A stretch of DNA of 63,238 nucleotides, the filler included, from Candidatus Rokuibacteriota bacterium (lineage in GTDB: Bacteria; JAUVQV01; DATDCY01): assembly GCA_031406795.1 (NCBI GenBank). It is 10 parts of 10 records of this genome, joined end to end, with 100 filler letters (N's around TTAATTAATTAA, not from the genome) between each part and the next. Parts side by side here need not be neighbours in the genome. Positions count along the whole stretch, not along the records: positions 52,851 to 58,014 come from JANOHV010000256.1; positions 58,115 to 61,006 come from JANOHV010000047.1; positions 61,107 to 63,238 come from JANOHV010000144.1; 7 more parts are not named here. One strand, 5' to 3'. A program made the translations under genes and the position numbers. Below the pieces are notes generated by a model. It was not told where the DNA came from. It ran no database searches and was given only the letters and a program-made list of their open reading frames with translations. Below are positions 54,586 to 63,238 of this stretch, one piece after another. How positions within the stretch are numbered: position 1 is the stretch's first letter; each line of letters opens with the position of its first letter.

Positions 54586-55623
54586 TCAGCAGTTGGCGGC
54601 GACGACGTTGCGGCCGGCGCCCTTGGCGACGTAGAGCTGGCGGTCCGCGGACCGGATCAGTGCTTCGAGTCCAGGCTCGACCCCCGCGGAAAATTGCGTG
54701 CAGGCCGCCCCGATGCTCACCGTCGCCGGTATCCGCCCCCGCGTACCCAGCTCGACCGCCCCGCGCACCTTCTCGCCGAGCGCCGCCACCGCCGTCGCGT
54801 CGGTCTGCGGCAGGAAGACGAGGAATTCCTCGCCGCCGTAGCGCCCGACGACATCACTCTTGCGCACGGAGCCGGATATCAGCTGTGCCACGTTGGCGAG
54901 AACCACGTCCCCGGCCGGGTGGCCGTGAGTGTCGTTGATCAGTTTGAAGTTGTCGATGTCGATCATCAGCGCCCCCGCGGTGAAGTCGTTGCGCCGGGAG
55001 AGGTACGCGAGCAACTTCATCTGGCTGAGCAGGCCGCGGCGGTTGAGCACCCGCGTGAGCAGGTCGACGGAAGCCTCGTGCGAGAGTTCGCGCATCTGGG
55101 TCCAGAGACGCAGCACCACATCCCCGAGCAGCCGCAACTCGGGACGCCCGGCGTCCCAGCGCTCCAGCGCGTTGAGGAACTTGCGCAGGTGGCTTTCGTA
55201 GTCGAGCGCGGGGCTGCGGCCGCTCTCGCGCAGGAGGTGGTAGAAGTGCCAGAGCCGTTCAAGCGCGGGGTGCAGCAGGTAGAACTCAAGACGGAAGGCG
55301 GAGAGGAACTGCGCGGGAACCTCCGCGAGCGTCAGATCGGCGGCGCTGGCGTTTCGCACCTGTTCGTGTTGCGCGGCAAGCTCCCGGAGCGTCCGCTCCG
55401 GGTTCTGGAAGAGGTTCGGGATCTCGCGGTCGAACATCAGGCCGAGCAGGTCCGTCCAGGCGGCGACGTGAGTCTCCTCCTCCGCCGACATCTCCCGCCA
55501 GAACTCCCCCAGCTCGCAGTCCGCGGCGTTGGCGGCGAAGTTTCGATAGACCGTCACCGCGAGCCGGTCCATCGCGAGGCAGCGCTCGACGATCGCGACC
55601 AGCGTTTCCCGGCTCTCGGTCAT
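54586..55623 (-). CDS. Diguanylate cyclase with an N-terminal ferritin/rubrerythrin-like helical domain
   Basis: DIDNFKLINDTHGH, RKSDVVGRYGGEEF; N-terminal FWREMSAEEETH. Confidence 0.85.
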   Translation of the reverse strand: MTESRETLVAIVERCLAMDRLAVTVYRNFAANAADCELGEFWREMSAEEETHVAAWTDLLGLMFDREIPNLFQNPERTLRELAAQHEQVRNASAADLTLAEVPAQFLSAFRLEFYLLHPALERLWHFYHLLRESGRSPALDYESHLRKFLNALERWDAGRPELRLLGDVVLRLWTQMRELSHEASVDLLTRVLNRRGLLSQMKLLAYLSRRNDFTAGALMIDIDNFKLINDTHGHPAGDVVLANVAQLISGSVRKSDVVGRYGGEEFLVFLPQTDATAVAALGEKVRGAVELGTRGRIPATVSIGAACTQFSAGVEPGLEALIRSADRQLYVAKGAGRNVVAANC

Positions 55624-55875
55624 GGGCGATTCTCCTCGCGCCCGAAGGGGCGGCGGCGGATATCTAAGTACGACAGCGGTGCTCCAGAGTCAAGAGGAAA
55701 CGGCAAATTTACGGGCAACTTCGGCGGTGTTGAGCTTACGACCCGCGGCCGATCTTGACAGGTCGCGAGGGGCGGCACTATCGTACGCGAGCGGGCTGTT
55801 GCGGATTTCGTTGCCCGCCGCGCCCGCCGACCCGCGCGGGCGCGACGGACTCGGTGACGGGGGGATGGCGGCCAG

Positions 55876-57057
55876 ATGGAACGCGCTGATCGGCAGCCGG
55901 AGTCCCTCGCGCCGTATTATCCGCCGGACTCCGTCGGGCTGGTCGCGCCCCGCTCGCTGACGCTCGGGCGGGAGCGTCCGCTGCGCCTGGAGTCGGGCGC
56001 GGTGCTGTCGCCGGTGACGGTCGCCTTCGAAACCTACGGCGAACTGAACGCGGCGCGCGACAATGCGATCCTGATCTGTCACGCCTTGTCGGGCAGCGCC
56101 CACGCCGCCGGGTACCACGGCACCGGCGCGCACGAGAAGCCCGGCTGGTGGGAGCTGATGATCGGTCCGGGCAAGGCGATCGACACCACGCGCTGGTTCG
56201 TCATCTCGAGCAACTTCCTCGGCAGCTGCTACGGGACGACGGGGCCGACAAGCATCGATCCGGCGACGGGGCGCCCCTGGGGCATTCGTTTCCCCATCTT
56301 CACGATCCGCGACATGGTGGAGCTGCAGCGCCTGCTCCTCGACGAGCTGGGAATCGGACGGCTGCTCGCCGTGATCGGCGGCTCGATGGGCGGGATGCAG
56401 GCGCTCCAGTGGGGGATCAGCTACCCCGAGCGCGTCGCCGGCGTCATCCCCGTCGCGACCGCGGCCGGCATGTCGGCGCAGGGGATCGCCTTCAACGAGG
56501 TCGGGCGCCGCGCAATCATCGGCGACCCGCTCTGGCGCGGCGGCGACTACGCGGAGGGCGAGCCGCCGGCGCACGGCCTGTCGCTGGCGCGGATGATCGG
56601 CCACATCACCTACCTCTCCGAGGAGGCGATGCACCGCAAGTTCGGCCGCCGCCGTCTTGCGGAGGGAGCGGGGGCCTCGTTCGGGCGGGAGTTCGAAGTC
56701 GAGGACTACCTGCGGGCGCAGGGCGACAAGTTCGTGCGGCGCTTCGATGCCAACACCTATCTCTACCTGACGCGCGCGATGGACTCCTTCGACCTGGTCG
56801 CCGACCACGGCTCGCTGCAGAATGCGTTCGCGACCTGCAGCGCGTCCTTTCTCGTGGTGTCGTTCCGCAGCGACTGGCTCTTCCCGCCGGTGCAGTCGCA
56901 GGCGATCGTGCAGGCGCTCAAGCGCAGCGGTCACGACGTGGCGTACGCCAACCTCGAGTGCGACCAGGGGCACGACGCGTTCCTGCTGCCCGGCAACCGC
57001 CTCGGCGACCTGCTCTCCGGGTTCCTGACCCGTCTGCACCAGCGGGGCCGCTCGTGA
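55876..57057 (+). CDS. metX: Homoserine O-acetyltransferase
   Basis: ICHALSG, LGSCYGTTGP, GGSMGG, RFDAN, GHDAFL. Confidence 0.93.
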   Translation: MERADRQPESLAPYYPPDSVGLVAPRSLTLGRERPLRLESGAVLSPVTVAFETYGELNAARDNAILICHALSGSAHAAGYHGTGAHEKPGWWELMIGPGKAIDTTRWFVISSNFLGSCYGTTGPTSIDPATGRPWGIRFPIFTIRDMVELQRLLLDELGIGRLLAVIGGSMGGMQALQWGISYPERVAGVIPVATAAGMSAQGIAFNEVGRRAIIGDPLWRGGDYAEGEPPAHGLSLARMIGHITYLSEEAMHRKFGRRRLAEGAGASFGREFEVEDYLRAQGDKFVRRFDANTYLYLTRAMDSFDLVADHGSLQNAFATCSASFLVVSFRSDWLFPPVQSQAIVQALKRSGHDVAYANLECDQGHDAFLLPGNRLGDLLSGFLTRLHQRGRS

Positions 57058-57704
57058 ACGACCAGGCCGCCGCGGCGCGCCCCGTCGACTGGGAGCTCAC
57101 GCACGGGCGCGATCGCGCGCTGGACGACGAAATCGTCTCGCTCGTGTGCCCCGGCGAACGCGTGCTCGACCTCGGGTGCGGGCGCGGCGATCTGTTGCTG
57201 CGCCTGCGCATGGAGAAGGGGATCGACGAGCGGGGGATCGAGCGCGACGGGTGCGCGGTCGCCGAGGCGATCGCGCGCGGCCTCGCGGTGGTCGAGGGGG
57301 AACTCGGCGAGTGGGTCGAGGACATGCCGGCGGGCTCCTACGACCTGGTGGTCCTCAACCAGGTGCTGCCGCTGATGGCGGACCCGGTCGCGGTCATCGA
57401 GGGGGCGCTGCGTGTCGGCAGGCGCGTCGCGGTGAGTTACCCGAACTTCGCGCACTGGCGCATCCGGCTGACCCTCGCGCTGGGCGGCCGGCTGCCGGTG
57501 AACCCGGCGCTCCCCTACCAGTGGTACGACACGCCGAACATCAGGCTGGTGACGGTGGCTGATTTCCGGCGGCTGTGCTGCGAGCGCGGCTGGCGCGTGA
57601 CGCGGGAGTCGTTCGTGTCGCAACGCGGAGCCGACCGCGCGGCGCCGGTGAGGACGTTCCCGAATCTGCGAGCCTCGCTGGCGCTCGCGGTACTGGAAAA
57701 ATAG
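57054..57704 (+). CDS. metW: Methionine biosynthesis protein MetW
   Basis: VLDLGCGRG, PNFAHWR, LPYQWYDTPNI; coupled to metX. Confidence 0.92.
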   Translation: MNDQAAAARPVDWELTHGRDRALDDEIVSLVCPGERVLDLGCGRGDLLLRLRMEKGIDERGIERDGCAVAEAIARGLAVVEGELGEWVEDMPAGSYDLVVLNQVLPLMADPVAVIEGALRVGRRVAVSYPNFAHWRIRLTLALGGRLPVNPALPYQWYDTPNIRLVTVADFRRLCCERGWRVTRESFVSQRGADRAAPVRTFPNLRASLALAVLEK

Positions 57705-57729
57705 ATCGAAACGGACGCGGTGTCTGCTC

Positions 57730-57755
57730 GTAGGGGAGGGGTTGATCCCCTCCCG
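57730..57755 (+). repeat. GTAG-type REP hairpin
   Basis: GTAG-GGGAGGGG-TTGAT-CCCCTCCC between convergent genes. Confidence 0.65.
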
Positions 57756-57775
57756 CCTGACCTGATGTGAACCGG

Positions 57776-58014
57776 CTAGGCCTGCCCGTACTTCTGCGAA
57801 AGGCTCAGCTGCATTCCCGGCGCATTCTCCGGGCGCGCGGCGAACCCGTGCTTCGCGAAGAAGGCTTCCGTCCCCGGCGCCGCCATCAGGCCGATGAACG
57901 CCCCCGGCTCGACCATCGTCTCCAGCTGCCCGAGAACGATTCCCATGATCTTCGAGCCGATCCCCTTGCGCTGATAGTTAGGCGCGACGAGCACGTCCTG
58001 AATATAGAAGGTCA
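57776..58014 (-). CDS. GNAT acetyltransferase, C-terminal fragment
   Basis: FYIQDVLVAPNYQRKGIG...FFAKHGF. Confidence 0.8.
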
Positions 58015-58114
58015 NNNNNNNNNNNNNNNNNNNNNNNNNNNNNNNNNNNNNNNNNNNNTTAATTAATTAANNNNNNNNNNNNNNNNNNNNNNNNNNNNNN
58101 NNNNNNNNNNNNNN

Positions 58115-58249
58115 CTCCCCGCGGAGTTGAAGAAGAACACCCTGCAGTAGACCGCCCGGCCGGACCGGCGCTCGACCGTGACCCGGCGGCCATCACGAAG
58201 ACGCCTGCCGACGAGGAAAATGTGCAGTCGGGGTAGGGCGAGGACTTAC
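58115..58249 (-). mobile_element. Probable IS end (IS66-like GTAAG terminus)
   Basis: Four-helix-bundle similarity stops abruptly at GTAAGTCCTCGCCCTACCCCGAC and the contig breaks 135 nt later. Confidence 0.4.
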
Positions 58250-58502
58250 GTTCGAGCAGCGGCGACATCTCCATCACGGCGCGCTTGGAAGCCGCGAAGT
58301 GGCTCGTCTTCCACTGCTTCTCCCAGAAGCCGAGGCCGGAGGCGAGATTGAGCACAAGCGCGAGCGTGTTCTCGCGGACGCGCTCGCCGACCGCGGAGTG
58401 CGCTTTGCCGTTGCCCGCTGCCAGATAGAGGCGGGTGCCGAGGGCGATTGACTTGCGGTACACGTCGAGGTTTTCGATGCGATAGGCGGTGTTCGTCGTC
58501 AT
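58250..58502 (-). pseudogene. Four-helix-bundle (23S rRNA IVP-like) protein, truncated
   Basis: YRIENLDVYRKSIAL...LVLNLASG...HFAASKRAVME resembles the LxVY...NIAEG...ARGSxxE pattern. Confidence 0.6.
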
Positions 58503-58695
58503 GAGTCCCCTCCCGTGGGTTGTTGTGCCGGGAGGGTGAGCATGAAGCGTGCCAGCGACGGCCCGTCGCCAGGAACTTCCAGAAACCGGCCGATCCTTGC
58601 GGTCTTCGCGCCGGTACGGCGGCCGCGTGGACCCCCGCAACCAACCGGGTGATCCCTCCAGGAACAGCTTCGCGGCGCGCGGCGCGCCCGCCGGA

Positions 58696-59415
58696 TCAAC
58701 CGCCGACGGCGAGGTCGCTGCCTCGTTTCTCGCTCACGAGCCGGCCGTCCACCAACTCGAGCACCCGGTCGCAGCGACTCGCCAGACGCGGGTCGTGCGT
58801 CACGACGAGAAAGCTCACACCGAGGTCGCGATTGAAAGCGCGCAACAGCGCGAAGACCTCCTCGGCGCTCGCGGAGTCGAGATTCCCGGTCGGCTCGTCG
58901 GCGAGCACGAGCGGCGGGCTCATCGCCAGCGCGCGCGCAACCGCGACCCGCTGCTGCTGCCCGCCGGAGAGCTTGCCGGGGCGACGCCCCAACAGCGCGC
59001 CGAGGCCGACTTTGCCCAGCAGTTCGGCCGCGCGGGCGCGCATCTGTTCGTCGGGTCGTCCGCGATCCACGAGGATCGGCATCATCACATTTTCGAGGGC
59101 CGTGAACGCCGGCATCAGATGATGAAACTGGAAGACAAACCCGATGCTCCGCCCGCGCAGGCGCGTCAGGCCGGCCTCGTCGAGGTCTGCGGTTTCCTCC
59201 CCGTTGATCCTGATGCGCCCGGAGGTCGGCCGCTCGAGCAGCCCCATGACGTTGAGGAAGGTGCTCTTGCCCGCGCCCGAGGGCCCCGTGAGCGCGACCA
59301 TCTCGGCGGCATCGAGCACCAGGTCGATCCCGTGAAGGATTTCGGTCTCGGTTTCGGTCCCGACGCCGTAGGACTTGCGCACGCCGGCCGCCTCGAGGAC
59401 CGGGCGCTGCGTCAC
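58696..59415 (-). CDS. LolD/MacB-type ABC ATP-binding protein
   Basis: [43 protein letters not shown]. Confidence 0.92.
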   Translation of the reverse strand: MTQRPVLEAAGVRKSYGVGTETETEILHGIDLVLDAAEMVALTGPSGAGKSTFLNVMGLLERPTSGRIRINGEETADLDEAGLTRLRGRSIGFVFQFHHLMPAFTALENVMMPILVDRGRPDEQMRARAAELLGKVGLGALLGRRPGKLSGGQQQRVAVARALAMSPPLVLADEPTGNLDSASAEEVFALLRAFNRDLGVSFLVVTHDPRLASRCDRVLELVDGRLVSEKRGSDLAVGG

Positions 59416-59439
59416 AACGCCGCCTCTCGTTCCCGCGCG

Positions 59440-59524
59440 GGCTGCGGAGTCCTGACGTCGCGGACCGCCGCCGTGCCCGCCACGTTCCGTCGATGGAGGG
59501 CTCCCCTTCGCCCCACCGCTCCGC
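59440..59524 (-). repeat. Repeat family B copy between the ABC permease and ATPase genes
   Basis: Aligns with 8776-8860. Confidence 0.8.
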
Positions 59525-59568
59525 AGAGCAGGTTTCCAGCGGCGAACCCTTGGGGCATGGTTGACCGG

Positions 59569-60774
59569 TCAGCCGCCAAAGCGGATTGCCGCGACGGGCT
59601 CGAGGTGCGCCGCGTGATATGCCGGCGCGAGCGCCGCGAGGACGCCGATGGCCGTGGCTCCCGCGATCGCGGCCGCATAGAGTTGCCAGCCGAGCCAGAC
59701 GTGAAACACCCCCTGCCAGGACTCGAAAGCGAGCGCCGCCCACGTCCCGAGCCCGCAGCCGAGCACGGCCCCGACCAGCGCCACGATGGCGCCTTGCACG
59801 AGAAAGATCGTCAGCACGGCGCGGCGCGAGGCGCCCATCGCGCGCAGAATGCCGATCTCGCGTGATTTCTGCACGACCGAGACCACGAGCACCGAGGAGA
59901 TGCCGAACGCCACCGCCACGGTCACGAAGAACTGGATCATCGCCGAGGAAGCGCTCTGCCCGCGCAGCCCGACGAGCAACTCGGCATTGGTCTTCATCCA
60001 GCTCTCGGCGGCGAGCCCCGTGCGGGCGGCGAGGGTCTTCGCGATCTGTTCGGCGCCGAAGAGATCGGCCACCGTGAGGTCGATGTTCGTCACGCCGCCC
60101 GCCAGATCGAGCAGGGTCTGCGCGGACCGCAGCGTGATGATGACCCACCGGCGGTTCAGATCCCGCAGCCCGAGATCGAAGATCCCGGCCACCGTGACCA
60201 CCTGCGTCCGCCCCCCCGCGGCCGCGAGGCGGACTTTGTCGCCGACCGAGGCACCGAGATCCTTCGCAAGATCCACCCCGATGACCGCCTCCTCGCCGGC
60301 CACGTGGAAGCGTCCGGCGACCAGTTTGCGATCCACCGGCACGATCTTCAGGTACTGCTCCGGTTCGATGCCGAGAAGCGCCACGGATTTTTGCGCATTC
60401 CCGCGCGCGGCAAATGCCGGCCCGGACGCCATCGGGGAGGCGGCCGTGACGCCCGGCGTCGCGGTGGCGTCAGCCAGGGCCCGCTGCCAGCCGTCGATCG
60501 AGCGCAGTCGCTGGGCGCGCTTCTCGACTTCGGCCGACACGGTTTCGCCGGCCGCCGGCCGGAGCACGGACCGCGCGACGTCATCCGGCGGGCGCAGAAC
60601 GATGTGCGGCTGGGTCCCGAGCGTCCGCGCGATGAGATCATCCTGGAGGCCGGTGATGAGGGCCACGAGAAAAACGATGACCGCCGCCCCGACGGCGACG
60701 CCGGAGAGGATCAGCACGGTTTGGAATCGTCCCTCGCGCAGGAAGCGCAATGCCACGATCAATTCAAAGGGCAT
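59569..60774 (-). CDS. LolC/E-FtsX-family ABC permease
   Basis: ALRFLR N-terminus with TM, periplasmic domain, KSREIGILRAMGA, PVAAIR end. Confidence 0.9.
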   Translation of the reverse strand: MPFELIVALRFLREGRFQTVLILSGVAVGAAVIVFLVALITGLQDDLIARTLGTQPHIVLRPPDDVARSVLRPAAGETVSAEVEKRAQRLRSIDGWQRALADATATPGVTAASPMASGPAFAARGNAQKSVALLGIEPEQYLKIVPVDRKLVAGRFHVAGEEAVIGVDLAKDLGASVGDKVRLAAAGGRTQVVTVAGIFDLGLRDLNRRWVIITLRSAQTLLDLAGGVTNIDLTVADLFGAEQIAKTLAARTGLAAESWMKTNAELLVGLRGQSASSAMIQFFVTVAVAFGISSVLVVSVVQKSREIGILRAMGASRRAVLTIFLVQGAIVALVGAVLGCGLGTWAALAFESWQGVFHVWLGWQLYAAAIAGATAIGVLAALAPAYHAAHLEPVAAIRFGG

Positions 60775-61106
60775 TGCGCTTCCTAGCGCGGGCGCCTCGC
60801 CCGCAAGACTACAGAGACTTCTGGACGGTTGCCCTTGTTACGATTCAAGTTTGACACCTGCTATTCCCCATCTGTTTTGGTAAACAAATCGTCGCGTCGC
60901 GCGATGATTTCTCAGAGTAGTAGATCAGGACCGTGTTGTTTTTCGCGCCTTGCCCGAAAGGGTTCGACAACAGTGCGAGTCAGGAAAAAAATCCGTCCCC
61001 TTTTTTNNNNNNNNNNNNNNNNNNNNNNNNNNNNNNNNNNNNNNNNNNNNTTAATTAATTAANNNNNNNNNNNNNNNNNNNNNNNNNNNNNNNNNNNNNN
61101 NNNNNN

Positions 61107-61411
61107 GCTACTTCCGCAAGTCCGCCGCCGAATTGAGCGCCTCGGAATCGGCCCTGCTGGCCGGTGCGATCGCCAATCCGCACATCATGAATCCCGCCAG
61201 CCCCAGCGCGAGGCTGCGCCGGCGGCAGCAGATGATCATGCGGCGGATGGGGGCCGTCAACCCGCCGCCGGTTGTGGCCGAGCCGGCCGTCGCCGAGCCG
61301 CCAGCGACACCCGCCCTCGTTCCCCTGCCAAATCAGGGCCTTCCCGGGGCCCTTCCCGGCACCCCCGTGCCGCCGATGCCCCCGAGAGGTTCGGGCGGAG
61401 CTGGGCAATAA
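61107..61411 (+). CDS. mtgA: Monofunctional peptidoglycan glycosyltransferase, C-terminal fragment
   Basis: YFRKSAAELSASESALLAGAIANP (GT51 motif) followed by a Pro-rich tail. Confidence 0.65.
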
Positions 61412-61430
61412 ACACCTGTCCCTGTTGACC

Positions 61431-61460
61431 TTGACAGGTTCGCACCGCAGTCCGTATAGT
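61431..61460 (+). promoter_or_regulatory. Sigma70 promoter
   Basis: TTGACA-18 nt-TATAGT. Confidence 0.6.
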
Positions 61461-61548
61461 CACATCTTCTCAGTTAAGCAGCTCCCAGCAGCAGGCACGG
61501 CCTAGAGTGCGGGCGGAAGCCCCTTCTCGAGTCCGAATGTGTGTCGCT

Positions 61549-62373
61549 ATGATCAATTACACGGAGCGCATTGCGCTCTTGATGAAGGACGTCGTGTCCC
61601 GTACGCCCGCGCTGGGTTTTATCGACCTGCGTGAAGTGCTGGTGTTCGGCCGCTTCGGCCGGCCCGAGGCGGAAGGCGCTTTCGCCACCTGTCATTGCCT
61701 GACCCTGCCTGAGACCGAGCCCGGCTACTACTTCTGGAAGGACCGCGAGACCGGCGAGCTGACCCGCCGTTCGGAATGGTTCGTCACGAAAACCCCGGAA
61801 GTGCGCGTCGGCAAGAATCGCATCAAGTACCTGATCTCGTTCGTGCTGCCCCGGTTCTGCGAGCAGACGCTCGAACGATCCTGGAAGGCTGAGATGTACG
61901 AGCAGGTCGAACCCTGGGTCGCCAAGCTCGACACCATCATCCACGAGCTCTACCACATCGATCCGGCCGCATCTGGTCTGCGGCAGTTTGCCCATGCCGA
62001 CGGCACGCGCGCGACGCGCACGCACGCACCCGAGTTCTACGACGATGTCGCCGCGATGACGCGCGACTATCTGGCGACCAGCCCGGATCCGGCGCTGTAC
62101 GAGTTTCTCAAGTGGGATTTCGCGACCCTGCAGGCGCGCTACGGCGGCGTGACGGCGACGACCTTCAAGAATTTTCCGTCGTTCCCGCAGCGCTACATGG
62201 AGCCGTGCACGGCGCTACCGGTGGAGTCGACGGCGGGAGTGAAAGTCGAGCCGTTGAAGCGGCCGCTGCAGCCCGCGCTCTACACCGAAGGCGATCTGCA
62301 CGTGCGGCAGTTCACCGGCGCGGCGGCGCGCCGTGTCGCTAGAGAACCCTTCGCGCTCCGACAAACCGCGTAG
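61549..62373 (+). CDS. Hypothetical protein, putative zinc metallopeptidase
   Basis: TIIHELYHIDP (HExxH) with a later His (HAPEF). Confidence 0.6.
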   Translation: MINYTERIALLMKDVVSRTPALGFIDLREVLVFGRFGRPEAEGAFATCHCLTLPETEPGYYFWKDRETGELTRRSEWFVTKTPEVRVGKNRIKYLISFVLPRFCEQTLERSWKAEMYEQVEPWVAKLDTIIHELYHIDPAASGLRQFAHADGTRATRTHAPEFYDDVAAMTRDYLATSPDPALYEFLKWDFATLQARYGGVTATTFKNFPSFPQRYMEPCTALPVESTAGVKVEPLKRPLQPALYTEGDLHVRQFTGAAARRVAREPFALRQTA

Positions 62374-62875
62374 CCCAGTACGACGCGCTCATCCGCTCGA
62401 CCCGCACCGCCCCCGCGCCGCTCGGCGCGTGGATGAACTCGTCGCCACCGATCGCGATCCCGACATGGGATGCCCCCTTGCTGACCGTGCTGAAAAACAC
62501 CAGGTCGCCGGGCTCGAGCTGCGGCCCGGTGACCTGCCGTCCGGCGCGGAACTGGTCGTTCACCGTCCGCGGCACCGCGACGCCGTTCTGTCCGAAGACG
62601 TAGGTCACGAACCCGCTGCAATCGAACCCGGCCGGATCGTTCCCGCCGTTGCGGTAGGGGGTACCGCGCAAGGAGAGAGCCGTGCCGGCGACGCCGTAGC
62701 CCATCGCCGGGCCCGCTGCGGGCCGTGATGGCGCTGGCGCACGGCTGCCGGCCGCAGGAGCCGGCGGAGAAGCCCGGCCAGGGGTCGGAAAGGGCCGGGG
62801 CGTCGCCCCCGTCGTGGCGCAGCCTGTGGAGGTCGCGGCCGCCGTTACAAAAATGAAAGCGGCCAGGCGACTCAT
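62339..62875 (-). CDS. NlpC/P60 (C40) peptidase, lipoprotein
   Basis: GTPYRNGG...GFDCSGFV, PGDLVFF, HVGI, FIHAP; lipobox-like TGC. Confidence 0.92.
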   Translation of the reverse strand: MSRLAAFIFVTAAATSTGCATTGATPRPFPTPGRASPPAPAAGSRAPAPSRPAAGPAMGYGVAGTALSLRGTPYRNGGNDPAGFDCSGFVTYVFGQNGVAVPRTVNDQFRAGRQVTGPQLEPGDLVFFSTVSKGASHVGIAIGGDEFIHAPSGAGAVRVERMSASYWATRFVGARRVL

Positions 62876-62914
62876 GGGGCTGATCTGATTATCGGCTAGA
62901 ATAACTCAAGCTTT

Positions 62915-63238
62915 ATGGAGCAGACGCTCCTTCTCAACGCCACGTACGAGCCGCTCAAGGTCGTCCACTGGCAGAAAGCAATCACCCTTTGGTGCCAGGG
63001 GAAGGTCGAAGTCATCTCTGTGTACGACCGGGAGGTCCGGTCGGTCTCGTTCAGCTTCAAGCTTCCATCGGTCATCCGCCTGCTCCGCTACATCAAGATC
63101 AAGCGGCAGATCGATTACGTCCCGTTCTCGCGCGCGAACATCTACGCGCGGGACGAGCATACGTGCCAGTACTGTGCGGATCTGCTCCCCAGCGCCGAGC
63201 TCACGTTCGATCATGTCGTGCCGGTCGCCCAGGGCGGC
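62915..63238 (+). CDS. HNH endonuclease (3' truncated; not in the ORF track)
   Basis: MEQTLLLNATYEPL...LPSVIRL...FSRANIYARDEHTCQYC...TFDHVVPVAQGG. Confidence 0.9.
   Translation, partial: MEQTLLLNATYEPLKVVHWQKAITLWCQGKVEVISVYDREVRSVSFSFKLPSVIRLLRYIKIKRQIDYVPFSRANIYARDEHTCQYCADLLPSAELTFDHVVPVAQGG

Noticed and set aside
55755-55875. SAM riboswitch upstream of metX
   Set aside because: No recognisable SAM-I or SAM-II consensus; only a promoter-like TTGACA...TATCGT.
58250-58502. Avd of a diversity-generating retroelement
   Set aside because: No reverse transcriptase or TR/VR pair in the window; generic four-helix-bundle genes are common.

Overview
The window is a concatenation of 10 short, unlinked contigs joined by artificial 100-nt spacers (N-run/TTAATTAATTAA/N-run), typical of a MAG pseudo-scaffold. 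The DNA is mostly very GC-rich and comes from a bacterium with anaerobic-type metabolism. Contents: an Hdr/MvhD electron-bifurcation cluster, msbA, a two-subunit fumarase, glgB-malQ, katG, a TCA operon (aconitase-sucC-sucD-ferredoxin-korA), cysS-rlmB, an RfaH-like NusG paralog with a UbiA prenyltransferase, murJ, a csoR-copA copper operon, rlmKL, tRNA-Val/tRNA-Asp, an OLD-family nuclease, a molybdoenzyme (IorAB-like/XdhC/MocA/MoeA-like) operon, a hybrid kinase, TolC, a GGDEF protein, metX-metW, a LolCDE/MacB-like ABC transporter, NlpC/P60 and an HNH nuclease. The strongest signal is UGA recoding. hdrA has an in-frame UGA at a conserved Cys position followed by a 7-bp/GGTC-loop SECIS hairpin. 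The same hairpin architecture follows an in-frame UGA in an unannotated small membrane ORF between csoR and copA, which predicts a 56-aa membrane selenoprotein inside a copper-efflux operon. Several structured intergenic repeat families are also present. One REP-like palindrome supplies the start codon and N-terminus of a cytochrome gene. All functional calls come from motif recognition only; no database searches were run.
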